A stretch of DNA of 63,257 nucleotides, the filler included, from Licmophora abbreviata (taxonomy: Eukaryota): the NCBI GenBank assembly GCA_900291995.1. It is 9 parts of 9 records of this genome, joined end to end, with 100 filler letters (N's around TTAATTAATTAA, not from the genome) between each part and the next. Parts side by side here need not be neighbours in the genome. Positions count along the whole stretch, not along the records: positions 1 to 18,790 come from OLMU01005675.1; 8 more parts are not named here. The stretch is one strand, 5' to 3'. The notes under the pieces were generated by a model, which made no database searches, was not told where the DNA came from, and worked only from the letters and a program-made list of their open reading frames with translations. The translations under genes and the position numbers were made by a program. Below are positions 1 through 11,584 of this stretch, piece by piece (within the stretch, counting starts at the first letter, position 1; each line of letters begins with the position of its first letter).

Positions 1-564
1 AGCATTTGAGTGCTGCGAGTATATAGGGCAGTGACAAAACTCACCAAAACTGGTCACTGTTGAAGAACAGAAACGTCAGTCCCTGAAATACTTGAGCTGC
101 GAGCAGTGCAATGCCAATCAGCAGTTTCGAACACATGAAGCGGCAGCACAAGAACTCCAGTAGGATAAGAAACAAGGCACACGAGGCAGCAACCGGAGCC
201 ATGCCGCCACCGACGCGAGCCGCATTTTCGGATTCGTCCGCCAGGGCATCCTGTTCGTCGCCGTGATTGACGCAGTCCCCACCATCCCCGTACTTGAACA
301 AGCCTGCTGACTGATCGTCGCCGTTTACGTCCGTGTATTCTACGAACTTGCAGGATGTAAGCGTTAAACAAGACAAGACGATGCCTGAAACCATGAAGAG
401 AAAGACGAGAAGGCTGTAGCGTAGAGAACATGACAATGACAGAAGTAGGAGAAGCAAGTAAGAGGCAAAAAAGGAAAGTCAGCCTACAGTATGCTGGACC
501 ACCGGAACAAGAGATTCAAGCAACATTGTACGAACCGACAGCAGACCGCATAGCTTTGACACAT
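1..564 (-). CDS. Multi-pass membrane protein (claudin-like topology), 3' end runs off the window
   Basis: ATG at 564 (MCQSYAVCC...). A GT-AG intron at 414-487 joins in frame to ORF 41..457 (TM, Cys-containing loop with GLF, two more TM segments). A GTGAGT donor follows at about 44. Confidence 0.6.
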
Positions 565-1441
565 GATGAAGTGAAGCAGAAAAAAAGAAGCACGGCTTTG
601 ATTTTGATGGATTTCTCGAGTCTGCACTAACTCCCAGCTCCGCTTGCGAACGTCTTCCGCGGTATTACTATTGGATGCCAAACTTGTGAGAGGTGCGTCT
701 CACACTCGCGTCAGGCCTATTTGCTGTACTGGTACTGGTTGTTGGAGTTGGGTAGTTGGTGCCCTTCCGTGGCCGGCAGAATGCCTTTTACGTGAATGCA
801 CTGCATGCAGCATGAGTGAGTCACGAGATGATTCCAGAAGCAGGCAGTCCCGGATGACATCAGGATCTGTGGACACGCGCATCTCGCAACACCGGGAGAG
901 AGCACAAGCTAGACTAAGTTATCTAGAGTTGCTCTAGTATCTCGCATTGCGTCTTACAGTTCATTCGATTTTATTGGGTTACAACTGTATCAGACAGTGT
1001 GCGAGCGGCAGTTTATCTGGAGATGCACTTGTGTTCGCAGTTGAGGTGACGACAACCAATGCTACTCTTCAAACCGGAGCTTCCCCGTTTCCAAGCGTCC
1101 TTATTTGTTCAAAAACGATCGCCATGATGATGAGTGAAGGAGTTTGATCAATCTACTTTATTGGGATACCGTGTCGGTGGGAGAAATCATTCTCTAAAGT
1201 GTTCCTCTCCAGGTAGAGTTCGAATCATACCTGCTAGTGAATATCACCGTTCAGACAAATAATGAAGCCTCAAATGGGTCTCTCCCCAGTCCTCGTACAC
1301 TAACGTCGACCATACCGAACTCAGATCGCAGCGAGGTCTACCGAACTGCAAAGCAGAATCATGAATGTCACGAGGCTTCACCTGTGATTGGCCACCACGT
1401 TTCGCCCTATCCGCCGACACGCTCCCCTCCACAAGCGACCT

Positions 1442-1845
1442 CTACGACCCTGTAGAACTAGTGCCACTCGGTACTACTGCCCCTTTCCGTGGCTGTGATG
1501 CAGTTTCGCTCTTCCGTTCTACCTCCATCCGTCGCTGCTCCGTCCAGTACTCTTCCAATGGTTCCCGAAAAATGTATTGCCCCGAAAAGACTCCTACCAC
1601 GGTACCCAATAGCACATTCCCTATTCCCAAGGCGCCACCACGTCGTCGGAATGTGGGTCTAAGCAAATACAAGCGACGTAAAGAGAGGGGAAACTGAGCT
1701 GTGAGAGGCAGTGCAGCATGCAGCGTCTGTCGACAAAAGTATGCGCTGCGGCGTTCAATGGGCCAAGGCCACAACACACTATGACGAGTGCGAAGACTCA
1801 CGCGAGCCCTATGCGTCTTCGGATCGTGTCCCAGACTGAGGCCAT
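1442..1845 (-). CDS. 86-aa single-pass microprotein, PIGBOS1-like
   Basis: Exon 1 1802-1845 (MASVWDTIRRRIGLA), intron 1659-1801 (GTGAGT...TTAG), exon 2 1442-1658 in frame. TM segment NVLLGTVVGVFSGQYIFREPLEEY. Confidence 0.65.
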
Positions 1846-2300
1846 GATGATCTGTAACAGAATGAGTGAACGGGTGGAACTCAACCGTACGACAGGCTGC
1901 TGTCCCCCACCACTGCTCTCTTTGTGTGCATGCGGTGCCTGCAGTTTCGAAATTCGATCGATGTTGTCGCGGCGGCGAATGAGTCAGACCTCGTGAAAAG
2001 TTCGTGGCGTTGAGGACTGAAACTGATGGGCAGGGAAGAATGAAAAGTAGACTAAAAAGGGTTCATGTACGCGGTACTTGTGGTGAAGCAAGGGAGACAG
2101 CTGCGATGACCGAGTCAACTCAAATCTTAGAACTTAAAGTGGATTGATTCCTACGGCTACAACGTGTCATGTCATTCTTGCACAACCGGTGCCACCGTTT
2201 AAGGTCTAGGCAGACGCTACGCGGGAAACACATAAACTTTTTAAGCACAAATACACACAGACGCTCCCCTACATTATAGCCGATAATGCAATCGATTCGA

Positions 2301-3428
2301 TCATGCCCCCACAGTAGCGCCTACAATCAGGCCTGCCACAATACCTCGGATGACATTGGAAGGATACCCACTGCTCTTCTTATCAATCTCCTCTCCGAGA
2401 GTAAGCAGAAACCCTCCATTTGCACTCCTGATGCCTTCGACCACCCCCTCCCTGGCCTTACCGAACGCCTCGTCAATCAGGTCGAAGTCCTCATCACCAT
2501 TTACAGCCGTCTTGATCAAATAGTCTTGCCCAGTCCGTGTCGTTACCATTTGACGCACTTCGGACGCGAGGTAGGCGATGCCGCCTGCACCGATACCAGT
2601 CGCCCCTAAAGACCACACAAAAGGCCATCCGGTCATTCCAACAGCAAGCCCGACGGCACACTGAATAGTCGGCGGTGAATCCAGCAGTATGTCATATGGA
2701 ACAGTGTTCTTCCAAGTCGAAGGATTGAGCAGTCCTCCTCTTGACGTCATTTGATCCCATTGCTCGGAAATGCGTATCTTGCAGTCTTCCCACCAGTCGC
2801 CGACACTTTCCTTCAATCTTTCTACCTGCTCTGCTGTTTCTCTTCGACTCCTTTCTCTCGGGGTTTCTTTCTGTATTTTCTTCTTATTTTTCTTGTAAAA
2901 GGCCTTCTTTTTCTTGGCTCGTTCCGTCTCACGTTTTGCCTTGCGTTTATTGCGTCGGACGGCAGCTCTCGCATCCTCTTCTACAAAGCCTACTATTCCC
3001 ATGACCTCGCCCAGCAAAAGAGATAACCAGCAAATCTCTGGAAGACGTTCATTGTTTAGCAGAACGGGCACGGACTGAGCCTTTTCGGGATTGTCTTGGT
3101 AGTATCGTCGCCTGCCCCCCGCTGCCTCGAGTCGCTTCTGAACATACTCTTGCAGTTCCCCTGCAGTACTGGATAGATTGATCGATATGTCGACTTTGGG
3201 AGGCTCTTTGTTCTTTTTGCTGCGCCCGAAAGGACCAAACGATCCACCGCCGCGGATGGACGTAAGGGTCCTCCTGCGGTTCACGTCAGCAGATGCCGAT
3301 ACAGTCTGTTTGGCGGGACCAGCTGCCGCGGCCGCATTCGCAGTTGTGAACTGGTATTTTGCCGCATTACAACAGTTCCCCAAGGACACGAGCACCAGTG
3401 CCAAACAAAACTGGAAGCGGAAGGCCAT
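2301..3428 (-). CDS. Hypothetical protein with signal peptide, Lys/Arg-rich middle and C-terminal hydrophobic Gly-rich segments
   Basis: 375-aa ATG ORF with hydrophobic N-terminus (CLALVLVSLG); no family recognised. Confidence 0.7.
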   Translation of the reverse strand: MAFRFQFCLALVLVSLGNCCNAAKYQFTTANAAAAAGPAKQTVSASADVNRRRTLTSIRGGGSFGPFGRSKKNKEPPKVDISINLSSTAGELQEYVQKRLEAAGGRRRYYQDNPEKAQSVPVLLNNERLPEICWLSLLLGEVMGIVGFVEEDARAAVRRNKRKAKRETERAKKKKAFYKKNKKKIQKETPRERSRRETAEQVERLKESVGDWWEDCKIRISEQWDQMTSRGGLLNPSTWKNTVPYDILLDSPPTIQCAVGLAVGMTGWPFVWSLGATGIGAGGIAYLASEVRQMVTTRTGQDYLIKTAVNGDEDFDLIDEAFGKAREGVVEGIRSANGGFLLTLGEEIDKKSSGYPSNVIRGIVAGLIVGATVGA

Positions 3429-4220
3429 GACTGAGGCTGTCAGAGCAACAGAAGCACTTCAATTGTAGCGTGATGCTGCCTAGTGTTGTCTGTGTGAGAG
3501 CTTTGAAAAATTCATCAAAGATTTCAACAAGATTTCAAGATTTCACCTGTCATCAGGTTATGAGGTCCCGATCTGCCGCGTGACAGTTTTCGTAGTAGGA
3601 GCGGAGGACAGACAACATGTCATTTTCTGTCTGTCATGCGTACGATATTTCTGTGTCTAATGTCTGCAAGTTAAAAAATGTTACTAGCTGTTCACGCGCT
3701 CGGCCATGTTGGAGTGCCTACATGTCAATGTTGTCGCAAGAACGACATCTAGCCATGGCTGTTGCTCGCTGTTGTTTGCTGGTAACACTACCGGTATGCC
3801 TGCTGCCTCCTATCATAGCAATCGGTACGATAGTACTCCGAGTACTTTTACGAGTTGATACCGGTATCTGGCCTCATACGATACAAGTTCACAGTCGACT
3901 TAAACTGATTTTGGCGCGCTTTTTTCAGCGACTGCGCAGCATTTGCACCCGTAACGATATCCAAGGTTCAATTTTTATTAATACTCTGAAAAGCGACGCT
4001 GCACTCTTTTGGCGTGTCCGACTACAGCAATGCCACAATGGAACATTCCGTGAGGAATACATTGTGGTGTTTTTGTAGTACATTAAAGATTGAATACCTA
4101 TAAAACCAAATTTTGATATTTCAGCGATCGCTCGCTGAAAATTTCGCTCACTTTTGCATTCCGTTGCAATGATACCGTGACACAATCTGCCTTTGCCCCG
4201 CATCGAACGAGTATAAGACC

Positions 4221-5366
4221 ATGTTGTTCCGCTCCTTGTGTCTCGCTTTCTTCGCCTCCCAGGCCATGGCTTCCTCTTTGATTCGAGGGGACTCCTCCAT
4301 CAAAGCCGATTCCAAGGTCGGAAGCCGTCTTCTGGCCAAGGCGCGTAGCCTGAACCAGGAAGCCGACGTTACCTGGGTCTCCGGCTATGATATCAAGTTC
4401 GACAAGTGCCACTCCCTCATCCAGGTCTACGGTGAAGAAGGTGGAGGAGCCGAAGACGGTTCCTTCACTTACACAGAGAACCTCGTCACCTTCAGCCTTT
4501 GTCCCTCCGGCTCTTGCCGCAGCGGCGGCCGTGGATGCTCTGGCGGAGGCCAGTACGTCGTCAGCATGGCTGAATTTGTCGACGCCTACACTGAATCCAA
4601 GATGGACGAGCAGGAGTACGCATGCGAGCAGATTCGCGAGAACTGCTACTGCGATAACTCCAACGACGATGAGCGTTGCGAAAACCAGTGCTACACCAAT
4701 GAGGGCATGGAAGAATGTATCGAGAATGATGGTACTGGTACTGGACAAGACGAAGAAGAGTTCGAGATCCAGCGCTACCTCGAATGCCAGGAGCTTGAGA
4801 ACCAAAACAACAACGGAAACAACAACTACCAGCTCTACTACGTTGGACCCTACTGCTCCTCGGATGGAACCAAGATCCACCTTGGAACCTTTGTCGACCA
4901 GGGATGCACCTACCTCGCCGAACCAGGAACCTACGAATCCTCGAACTACTACGGCAAGTCGCTTCCTTACTCCAGCTCCTCCGAGTCGCTCGTCGAACAC
5001 GACTGCATCTCCTGCCTGGAGCCCGATGATGACACCTCGAACCAGAACCAAAACGACCAGCAAGACGAGGTCGTTGCGCTCTGCCAAGAAATGTACGAGG
5101 TTGCTGGAAAGTGCGAGAGCAACGTCAACTCCAACTCGGTCCGTTACCCAGACACCCGTGCCTGCGAGTACATCAACAATGTCCTCCCCCAGTTGGAGAA
5201 GGTTTCCGCCAAGGTCTCCAATGGAGGTGGAGCTGACACGTCCGTCGTGCTCGCTTGGCTCTTTGGTCTCTCCACCCTCGCCCTCCTTGTCTACTCTGTC
5301 TACCTTTACCAGAAGGTCAAGAGGTCGAAGTTGGATCTTTCCGCTTCGGACGGACAATTGAACTAA
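4221..5366 (+). CDS. Silicanin-family (Sin1-like) type I membrane protein of the silica deposition vesicle
   Basis: Signal peptide, RXL motifs (SRLL, ARSL), acidic N/Q-rich luminal domain in which I count 18 Cys, one TM (VVLAWLFGLSTLALLVYSVYLY), short cytosolic tail. Strong bias to C-ending codons. Confidence 0.85.
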   Translation: MLFRSLCLAFFASQAMASSLIRGDSSIKADSKVGSRLLAKARSLNQEADVTWVSGYDIKFDKCHSLIQVYGEEGGGAEDGSFTYTENLVTFSLCPSGSCRSGGRGCSGGGQYVVSMAEFVDAYTESKMDEQEYACEQIRENCYCDNSNDDERCENQCYTNEGMEECIENDGTGTGQDEEEFEIQRYLECQELENQNNNGNNNYQLYYVGPYCSSDGTKIHLGTFVDQGCTYLAEPGTYESSNYYGKSLPYSSSSESLVEHDCISCLEPDDDTSNQNQNDQQDEVVALCQEMYEVAGKCESNVNSNSVRYPDTRACEYINNVLPQLEKVSAKVSNGGGADTSVVLAWLFGLSTLALLVYSVYLYQKVKRSKLDLSASDGQLN

Positions 5367-5725
5367 ATATTCTGTATTCGTACCAAAGTATGAGTTGAAG
5401 GCCTTCTTAGCGCGCGCTTCCTCGTTCCAGTTTGGGCTTTGGACTATTTATCTGTGCTGGGAGAAGTAGAAAGAAACTAACGATTGATTAAAGTTGCGAT
5501 GCATTGTGTGAAACGTTAAAACTATATTGTACACATGCCAGTACCGGTATGGTCTAGAGAGAAAAAGTGTGGAACTTGACAGTAGGCGGGAGGGGACATC
5601 GGTCCAAATCACAGCTAGCCCAAGCGGACTCGGCCGCGGACTTCTTAAGTTGTGTTGATAGCAGGCAGGCCTCTTCATTCTAATAGGACACAAGAACGAT
5701 GTCATAGTACAACCAATGACTCTAT

Positions 5726-5986
5726 TTACTCTTCTCCTGCACTACTCATTCGGGCATCATTTTGTTGGACAAGCGCCGTGAGAGCCATATCCGATTCCGC
5801 CTTGAATCGAATGTATCCAGTTAGACAAAAGGGTGTGTAGTCTCCCGTAGCAACTCCCGTGACCGGGTCGACATTGGCCACATTAATTTGTACCGACGCA
5901 TGGTCCTTGGCTGCCACCAGACGGTTGGTCCAAGAGCACTTGCGCGGGACATACAAGTCGACGTTTTCTCCTGCTTCGTTCTGCAT
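5726..5986 (-). CDS. RPS21: 40S ribosomal protein S21 (eS21)
   Basis: MQNEAGENVDLYVPRKCSWTNRLVAAKDHASVQIN is the eS21 signature. Confidence 0.97.
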   Translation of the reverse strand: MQNEAGENVDLYVPRKCSWTNRLVAAKDHASVQINVANVDPVTGVATGDYTPFCLTGYIRFKAESDMALTALVQQNDARMSSAGEE

Positions 5987-6010
5987 TGTTATAATATATA
6001 GTTGGGTATT

Positions 6011-6470
6011 CTAGAAAGTGAGTCTATAGAGAAAAAGATGGGGACGCATGGAAATGTGAGATTGACGTGTCCCCATGGGCAAGCGACCAACAGCCTACTT
6101 TCTCCGGATACACTGAATATCATAGCTCATCCGCCCTCGCCGCGATCCAAGCACTCGATGGGTCATGAGCCCTCCAGCGACCGATCATGATCACTGGTGG
6201 GAGACGATGGCCCTCTCGCCGCCTTTAGTGTCTCTTTCAACAACTTTCAACGTTCCTCTGTGGCTTCTACCCTCTATTCAACCTTGCGAAAACCATTGCA
6301 CCACTCCTCCCTCCTCTGTACGCTTCAAAATCTCTCCAAAACCACCATGGTTTGCCTCACCTCGGGATCCTCCAACAGATGTGCGGCGGTGAGAAACATC
6401 GGACTACATCCTCGTATGCAGCGTACATACGTCTATTGATAGTACGAACTCTACAGCGAACCTCACTTAC
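6011..6470 (-). other. Probable 5'-UTR intron of RPS21 (460 nt)
   Basis: GTAAGT donor at 6470; pyrimidine tract and TTTCTAG acceptor at 6011, 24 nt upstream of the ATG. Confidence 0.5.
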
Positions 6471-6728
6471 CGCTTACTATGGTATTGGTTTGTCAGTTTC
6501 AAACTTACTTTGGTGCCCGCTCCAAATTTAGAATTTGAGAATTTCGAAACGAGCGGTCATGGTCGGCGGGTCTGTTGCAGTCACCAAGTTTTGAAGTTTT
6601 GGTCATTCATCGGACGACAGAGATCGACGAAGCAGCCTAAAGGTATCATACTATACCGGTAGATCTACCGACTACTCGAAGTCTACAGGACAAGCTTTAC
6701 ACATTGATTCTCTAGAGTAAACAAACGC

Positions 6729-9700
6729 ATGTCAACCACAACAGCGTCGTCTTGTGTGGCCCCAGCTCCTGCCAGCAAGGCCCTGCAAGTTCTGGCCAAA
6801 CTGCTGAGTCTGGAAAACAGCGTCAGTTTTGCCGAAGGAAGCGAAGTTTCCATCGAAACGACTGCGAAGAATGTGCTTTCCAACACCGAAATCAAGTCAG
6901 CCAAGACGGGCTGGGTGGAATGCGCAAAGTCCCTCTGCAGCCGAATGCCCCTGAGTGGACTCTGGGGCGTGGACGAGGCCAGTGCCGCGCAAGTCGAAGG
7001 ATGGATTGCCACTGCGGCCGAGAAACTATTAGCGAGTGAGTTTCGTTCTGTTTTGTTTCAGTTTGGACGGGAACGTGGGTGCCATGACAGGATACAACGT
7101 TCGTCTCACCCTTCTTTTTTTGTTTTTTTGATTTCACAGACGCGTCAGAGAAAGAGCTGAAGGAGTTTGCTGCCAGTGTAGAATCGCAGCTAACGCAGGG
7201 CAAGACCTTCTTGGTCGGCGATGCGCCGACGGCTGCCGATGTTTGCGCGAGTATTTGGCTCGCCCAGGCGTGCGACAGTGTCGGCGTCACGGAACTTGCC
7301 CCGCAAGCGAATCAACTCGTTTTGACCATTCTTGCCAATGAGACAGTCAAGAGTGTCGTGGGCAGCAGCACGTTCTCCTCCGTGACTGGCTTGGAAGAGG
7401 GGGTCGCTGGACTGGACGTATCGGACGAACTGACAGACAACCCGTTGGTACTCAAGCTGCAGCAATGGAATATTCCTCATTCGACGTACATGCACACGTT
7501 GAGTAGTACCGCTGATGAACTTGTGGCCAACGTTCCCATCCCGGAGACCGACTCGCACACGAAAAATCTATTCTTCAAGGACAAGAAGCATGGCTTGTTC
7601 TTGGTCACGCTCAAGACGACGACTGACCTCAACACCAAGGCTCTTGGAGCATTGTTGAAACTGGAGGGAAAAGTCAATTTGCGGTTGGCGACAGCAGAGC
7701 TCTTGTTGGAGGTTCTGGGGTGCAAACCGGGAACGGTCGGTCCATTGAGCATTGTCAACGATACGGAAAAGAAGGTGACTCTAGTTTTGGATGAGGCACT
7801 GCTCAAGGTGGAGAGTATTCATTCCCACCCCCTACGCAATGATGCCAGTGTCATTCTGACGCCCACTGCGCTGCAAGACTATTTGATCAAGGCAGAGGTG
7901 GAACCAGTCATTCTCGACTTCAGTAGCCAAGAACCACCTGCTGGCAAAGCTCCTGCCTCGCGTCCTCCGTCGGCGAAGACGCCAAAGTCTGATAAAAAGT
8001 CCGAGAAAGACGGGTCACAGAAGGAACGAAATAAGGACAAAAAGACGGCGAAAAAGGGAGAGACATTGTTGGCGTTGCAATGGAAAAAGGAGGAGAACTT
8101 TGCCATGTGGTATTCTGATGTCATTGTCTTGTCCGAGATGATTTCCTATTACGATATTTCAGGATGCTACATTCTTCGTCCCTGGTCGTACAAAATGTGG
8201 GAGCTCGTTCAAGAGTGGTTCAACGTGGAGGTGAGTGATTGTGTTGCGAAGGGAACGTGTTCTCTAGGGACTGGAGAGGTTGTTGGTATCGTGTTGGGAA
8301 CAACAGGCCTCTCACATGGTTTGTTCCTTGCACGTACCTAGATTCGAAAGCTGGATGTCGAAAACTCGTACTTTCCCTTGTTTGTCTCGCAAGATCGTTT
8401 GGAAAAGGAAAAAGATCATGTCGAAGGTTTCGCTCCCGAGGTCGCGTGGGTGACCAAGAGTGGCGATGGAACTCTGGCCAAGCCCATTGCCGTCCGTCCT
8501 ACCAGCGAAACCATCATGTATCCCGCCTTTTCAGATTGGATCAAGTCGCATCGTGATTTGCCTCTGAAACTCAACCAGTGGTCAAACGTTGTTCGATGGG
8601 AGTTCAAGGATCCAACTCCGTTTTTGCGAAGCCGTGAGTTCTTGTGGCAGGAGGGTCATACGGCCCATGCGACGTTGGAGGACACCGATGTGATGGTGCA
8701 ACAGGCGTTGGAATTGTATCGTCGTGTGTACGAGGAACTCTTGGCGGTTCCGGTTATCAAAGGATACAAGACCGAGAAGGAAAAGTTCGCAGGTGGCTAT
8801 CAAACAACGACGGTCGAAGCATACATTCCCATGTCAGGCCGTGCCATTCAGGGAGCAACGTCTCACAATCTGGGGCAGAATTTTGGAAAAATGTTTGACA
8901 TCACGTATCAAGATGAGAAGGGCGCTAGTCAGATTGTGTGGCAATCATCATGGGGTTTGACGACGCGGTCATTGGGTGTCATGATCATGGTCCACGGTGA
9001 TGACACGGGCTTGGTGATCCCACCGCGCGTGGCGCCACTCCAGGCCGTTATCGTGCCCATTGTCAGTAAGAAACTGTCCACAGAAGAAGCGTCTCCCTAC
9101 TGCGAGTCCATTTTGAAGGAACTGAAGGCTGTCGGGGTAAGTGTGTTATGATGCATTTTTTGTTGTATTGTATGAATCTCGAACGATTCATTCATGGCTT
9201 GCTCATGTTGTCTCGACTCTTGACTGCAGATTCGCGCAAAGTACGATGATCGCGTAATGTACAACCCCGGCTGGAAGTACAATCATTGGGAGCAAAAGGG
9301 TGTGCCAATCCGTATCGAGGTGGGGCCCCGTGATATCGAACAAAAGTCTGTGCGCGTCGTGATTCGATTCAGCGGAGAAAAGGTCGACATGCCCATTGAG
9401 AATCTGGCGACGGCCATTGAAGAAAAGTTGGAGCAGATTCAAATGTCCATGTTTGGAGTAGCCAAGGCGACCCGTGACAAACATGTCGTCAAGGTTACGG
9501 AATGGAAAGACTTTGTCCCTAGCTTGGAGTTGAATAATCTCGTCTTGACCCCGTGGTGCGGAGGTGAGCATGAGGATTGGGAGGAATGGGTAAAGAACAC
9601 GAGCCGCGAAGAGAGTCTGAAGAATCGAGGCGAGGAAGGAGAAGATGATCGCACAGCCACATCGGTTGCAGCCAAGACGCTCTGTATTCCATTTGATCAA

Positions 9701-9781
9701 CCCGAGCTCCCAGAAGGAACCAAATGCATTGCTTCCGGCATGCCCGCCACGTGCTGGGTCCTATGGGGACGTTCGTACTAA
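6729..9781 (+). CDS. Cytosolic prolyl-tRNA synthetase with N-terminal GST-like and YbaK/ProXp-type editing domains
   Basis: Exons 6729-7035, 7140-8230, 8342-9136, 9230-9781 splice in frame (914 aa). Motifs: [11 protein letters not shown] (GST-C-like), [10 protein letters not shown]...GTVGP (YbaK-like), [28 protein letters not shown]-terminal GRSY. Confidence 0.95.
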
Positions 9782-9871
9782 CCATGTACGTGAAGCTGAA
9801 ACATTAATCGTCGTAAATCAGAATCGTCTGAGTCGTAGTTCTACAAGTCTATAATTTGAGGGATGGTTCCT

Positions 9872-11191
9872 CTATTCTTGTTTGTTTTCCCAAACTTTGA
9901 GATGAGTGTCTTCGACCCGATAAGTTCCATCGGGGCGAAATCGCAAATCATTCACCGTTCCGTTCCGTCGCTTCCCAGATTCGTCTCTTGCTTTGACGGC
10001 AACCAAGGCAAAATGTCGGCCCGTTGCCTCCGTGACGGTCGTTGTCTCAAACGTCTTTCCAACATGCGTCAGCAGTTGCCTCTCACTCTCGGCATACTCG
10101 TCCAAGTACGGTTCTGTCGCCCGAATCAAGGCAAACAACAATGCATTCGCTCGCTGTTTTGCATAGGCGGGTGCTTCAAAGTCCATTTCGCACAACCACA
10201 ATTGTCCACCCGGTTTCAACAGTCGATAGGCTTCAAGGATCACCAACTTGGCAATTGCATGAGGTAGTTCATGTACGACAAACTGGATATTGACCACATC
10301 GGCATACGCATCAGGCAAGGCCGTACGCGTAGCATCCCCTACATGATACTCGATGCGCTCATCCTCTTCAATGGAATGCACCCACGTGCCGCCATGACCA
10401 GCATTCTCATCCAGCATACTCTTGGGAGACAATTCCAAGAGTCGTTTTCCAACTGCAACAAAGTATGGACTCATGTCGACCCCGACAATCCGTCCCGCCT
10501 GCGGCCAATTCTTGGCCAACCTCCGTGTACTCACACCTGTACCACATCCCACGTCGACCAAGGTAGCGTCTCCTGGTACAGTGACGTCAAGATCTTTTAC
10601 CAGTGTCGCTTCAAAAGCACTTCGAAAGGCCTCTTCCCCACCCGATCCATACAAGGGGAAGTTCCGAGCTCCCACAGCACACGAGGCCAATTCACTTTCC
10701 ATGGCCGACTCCCAGCACAAATTGCCGTCCTCGTAGGCATGAAAGGGCCTCATGTAATATGAGGGATAGGATGACGGTGAAATGTCATAAAGACTTTCGA
10801 GTTTTTCTGTGGAATCATTCCACGGCCCCTCTTGCGATGTGAGCCAGTCGTACGCACGCTTCCAGTCAATGCCATTGTCTTGGGCCGTTTGGGCAATCTT
10901 CTTTCGTGCCTGGGGAACCAAAACGTACGTCCACAGAGGCGACTGTAAGGCCAAATTTAGCAGCCACTGCTGGATCACCCGTCCTGTGCTAGCACTACTA
11001 CCTGGCGAAGCATCAGAGAAGAGGGCAGTTTGCCGACGGTATCGGGAACATGTTTTCGATGCGCCGACGCCGATCCATGCACGATGAGGCTTCTGGACGG
11101 AGCTCAACAAACTAAAGCCATTGGCCACCGCTGCTAGCAGTACATATAAAAGAAGAAAAAGAGACGCGTGGCAAGAGAGAAGTCTCATCAT
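9872..11191 (-). CDS. Class I SAM-dependent methyltransferase (type 11/UbiE-like), probably plastid-targeted
   Basis: VDVGCGTGVST motif I, GVDMSPY, GDAT, FVVHEL, LLKPGG; signal peptide ending ANG-FSL. Confidence 0.88.
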   Translation of the reverse strand: MMRLLSCHASLFLLLYVLLAAVANGFSLLSSVQKPHRAWIGVGASKTCSRYRRQTALFSDASPGSSASTGRVIQQWLLNLALQSPLWTYVLVPQARKKIAQTAQDNGIDWKRAYDWLTSQEGPWNDSTEKLESLYDISPSSYPSYYMRPFHAYEDGNLCWESAMESELASCAVGARNFPLYGSGGEEAFRSAFEATLVKDLDVTVPGDATLVDVGCGTGVSTRRLAKNWPQAGRIVGVDMSPYFVAVGKRLLELSPKSMLDENAGHGGTWVHSIEEDERIEYHVGDATRTALPDAYADVVNIQFVVHELPHAIAKLVILEAYRLLKPGGQLWLCEMDFEAPAYAKQRANALLFALIRATEPYLDEYAESERQLLTHVGKTFETTTVTEATGRHFALVAVKARDESGKRRNGTVNDLRFRPDGTYRVEDTHLKVWENKQE

Positions 11192-11584
11192 AATGGATTG
11201 CGGCAGTCTACTAGCAGCAGCACTCCAGTCCGATGCGGGGCACAATCACTCTTGTGATGGCTATAGTACATTGGCCGCCATATTGATCATACTATTTCGA
11301 AGTTTGGTTTTGGCGCCAAATTTGTAGTTTTGTGACAAATCTTCAAATCTTCGACACTTCAACAGCACGAGCTCTCCAATCATCGACGAGGTCGCGGATT
11401 TCACGTAAGGTGGGACATTCTCCTACTTATGGCAATGACATTTCTGGCTTGAGAAGCCAATCAGCAAACCCACTCGACCGGCGTGGGGGCTCTGATCATG
11501 GGAGTCTGTGTTTGAATGCCGTGTTTTTGCCGACCGCTTCTCCTTTTTGCTAAACGTCTAACAAATTACATCCTATTTGTACCA

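Noticed and set aside
3617..4078. 153-aa ORF upstream of silicanin
   Set aside because: Lies in AT-richer divergent promoter DNA with no coding-like composition.
4098..5361. Long antisense (419 aa) and alternate-frame (324 aa) ORFs over the silicanin gene
   Set aside because: Explained by the strong C-ending codon bias of the real gene; the translations are low-information.
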